This document shows positions 14,394 to 14,603 of a stretch of 14,603 nucleotides of DNA, piece after piece. Below the pieces are notes generated by a model. That model made no database searches. It saw nothing but the letters and a program-made list of their open reading frames with translations, and was not told where the DNA came from. The stretch covers positions 1-14,603 of the forward strand of contig JBFMGO010000134.1 in assembly GCA_040752695.1 (NCBI GenBank), given 5' to 3'. Numbering within the stretch: the first letter of the stretch is position 1; each line of letters starts with the position of its first letter. This DNA comes from a bacterium (lineage in GTDB: Bacteria > SZUA-182 > DTGQ01). Position numbers and translations under genes: made by a program.

Positions 14394-14603
14394 ATGAGTG
14401 GTATACTTACAAAGCGAATTTTAATTGTCTTGCCGATCGTGGTCCTGGCCATTCTGGGCCAGTCCTATCTCTGGGTTCCGAATTACGATAATCAGAGCAA
14501 AGGTAATCCGGAAAGACTCACCCAATACATTACTGCCTCTATTGGTGATGTTGCCATCATCAACCCGATTCTGAATGCAGATAGTGCCAGCAGCGAGATC
14601 TGT
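14394..14603 (+). CDS. Peptide/oligopeptide ABC transporter substrate-binding protein (family 5), N-terminal part; runs off the window
   Basis: Manual translation MSGILTKRILIVLPIVVLAILGQSYLWVPNYDNQSKGNPERLTQYITASIGDVAIINPILNADSASSEIC, open to the edge. N-terminal anchor plus SIGD...INPIL..DSAS, typical of SBP family 5 starts. Confidence 0.7.
   Translation, partial: MSGILTKRILIVLPIVVLAILGQSYLWVPNYDNQSKGNPERLTQYITASIGDVAIINPILNADSASSEIC

Overview
Bacterial chromosomal window with two parts. Bases ~1-5530 are an AT-rich accessory block bounded by IS debris: an IS21-family end with 23-bp repeats on the left and an IS701-like transposase fragment on the right. It holds an AHL-type LuxR regulator with no luxI in the window, and a 20-bp lux box (ACCTGT-N8-ACAGGT) at an activator position. 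Downstream are genes for exported proteins: a DUF6345-like protein with a caspase/gingipain-like His-Gly...Ser-Cys motif pair, a partner whose signal peptide is broken by an in-frame TAA, and an acidic Tyr/Asn-rich protein. Bases ~5700-14603 are mostly core genes: initiator tRNA-Met, leuC-leuD-pgpA-pilD, queH-queA (minus strand), secG and the start of a peptide ABC substrate-binding protein. Two small accessory inserts sit among them: a VPLPA/PEP-CTERM surface-protein gene split by one in-frame TAG, and an MNT-HEPN toxin-antitoxin pair. The best candidate for an undescribed system is the LuxR / lux box / secreted clan-CD-like protease module. Family assignments are from motif recognition by eye, not database searches.
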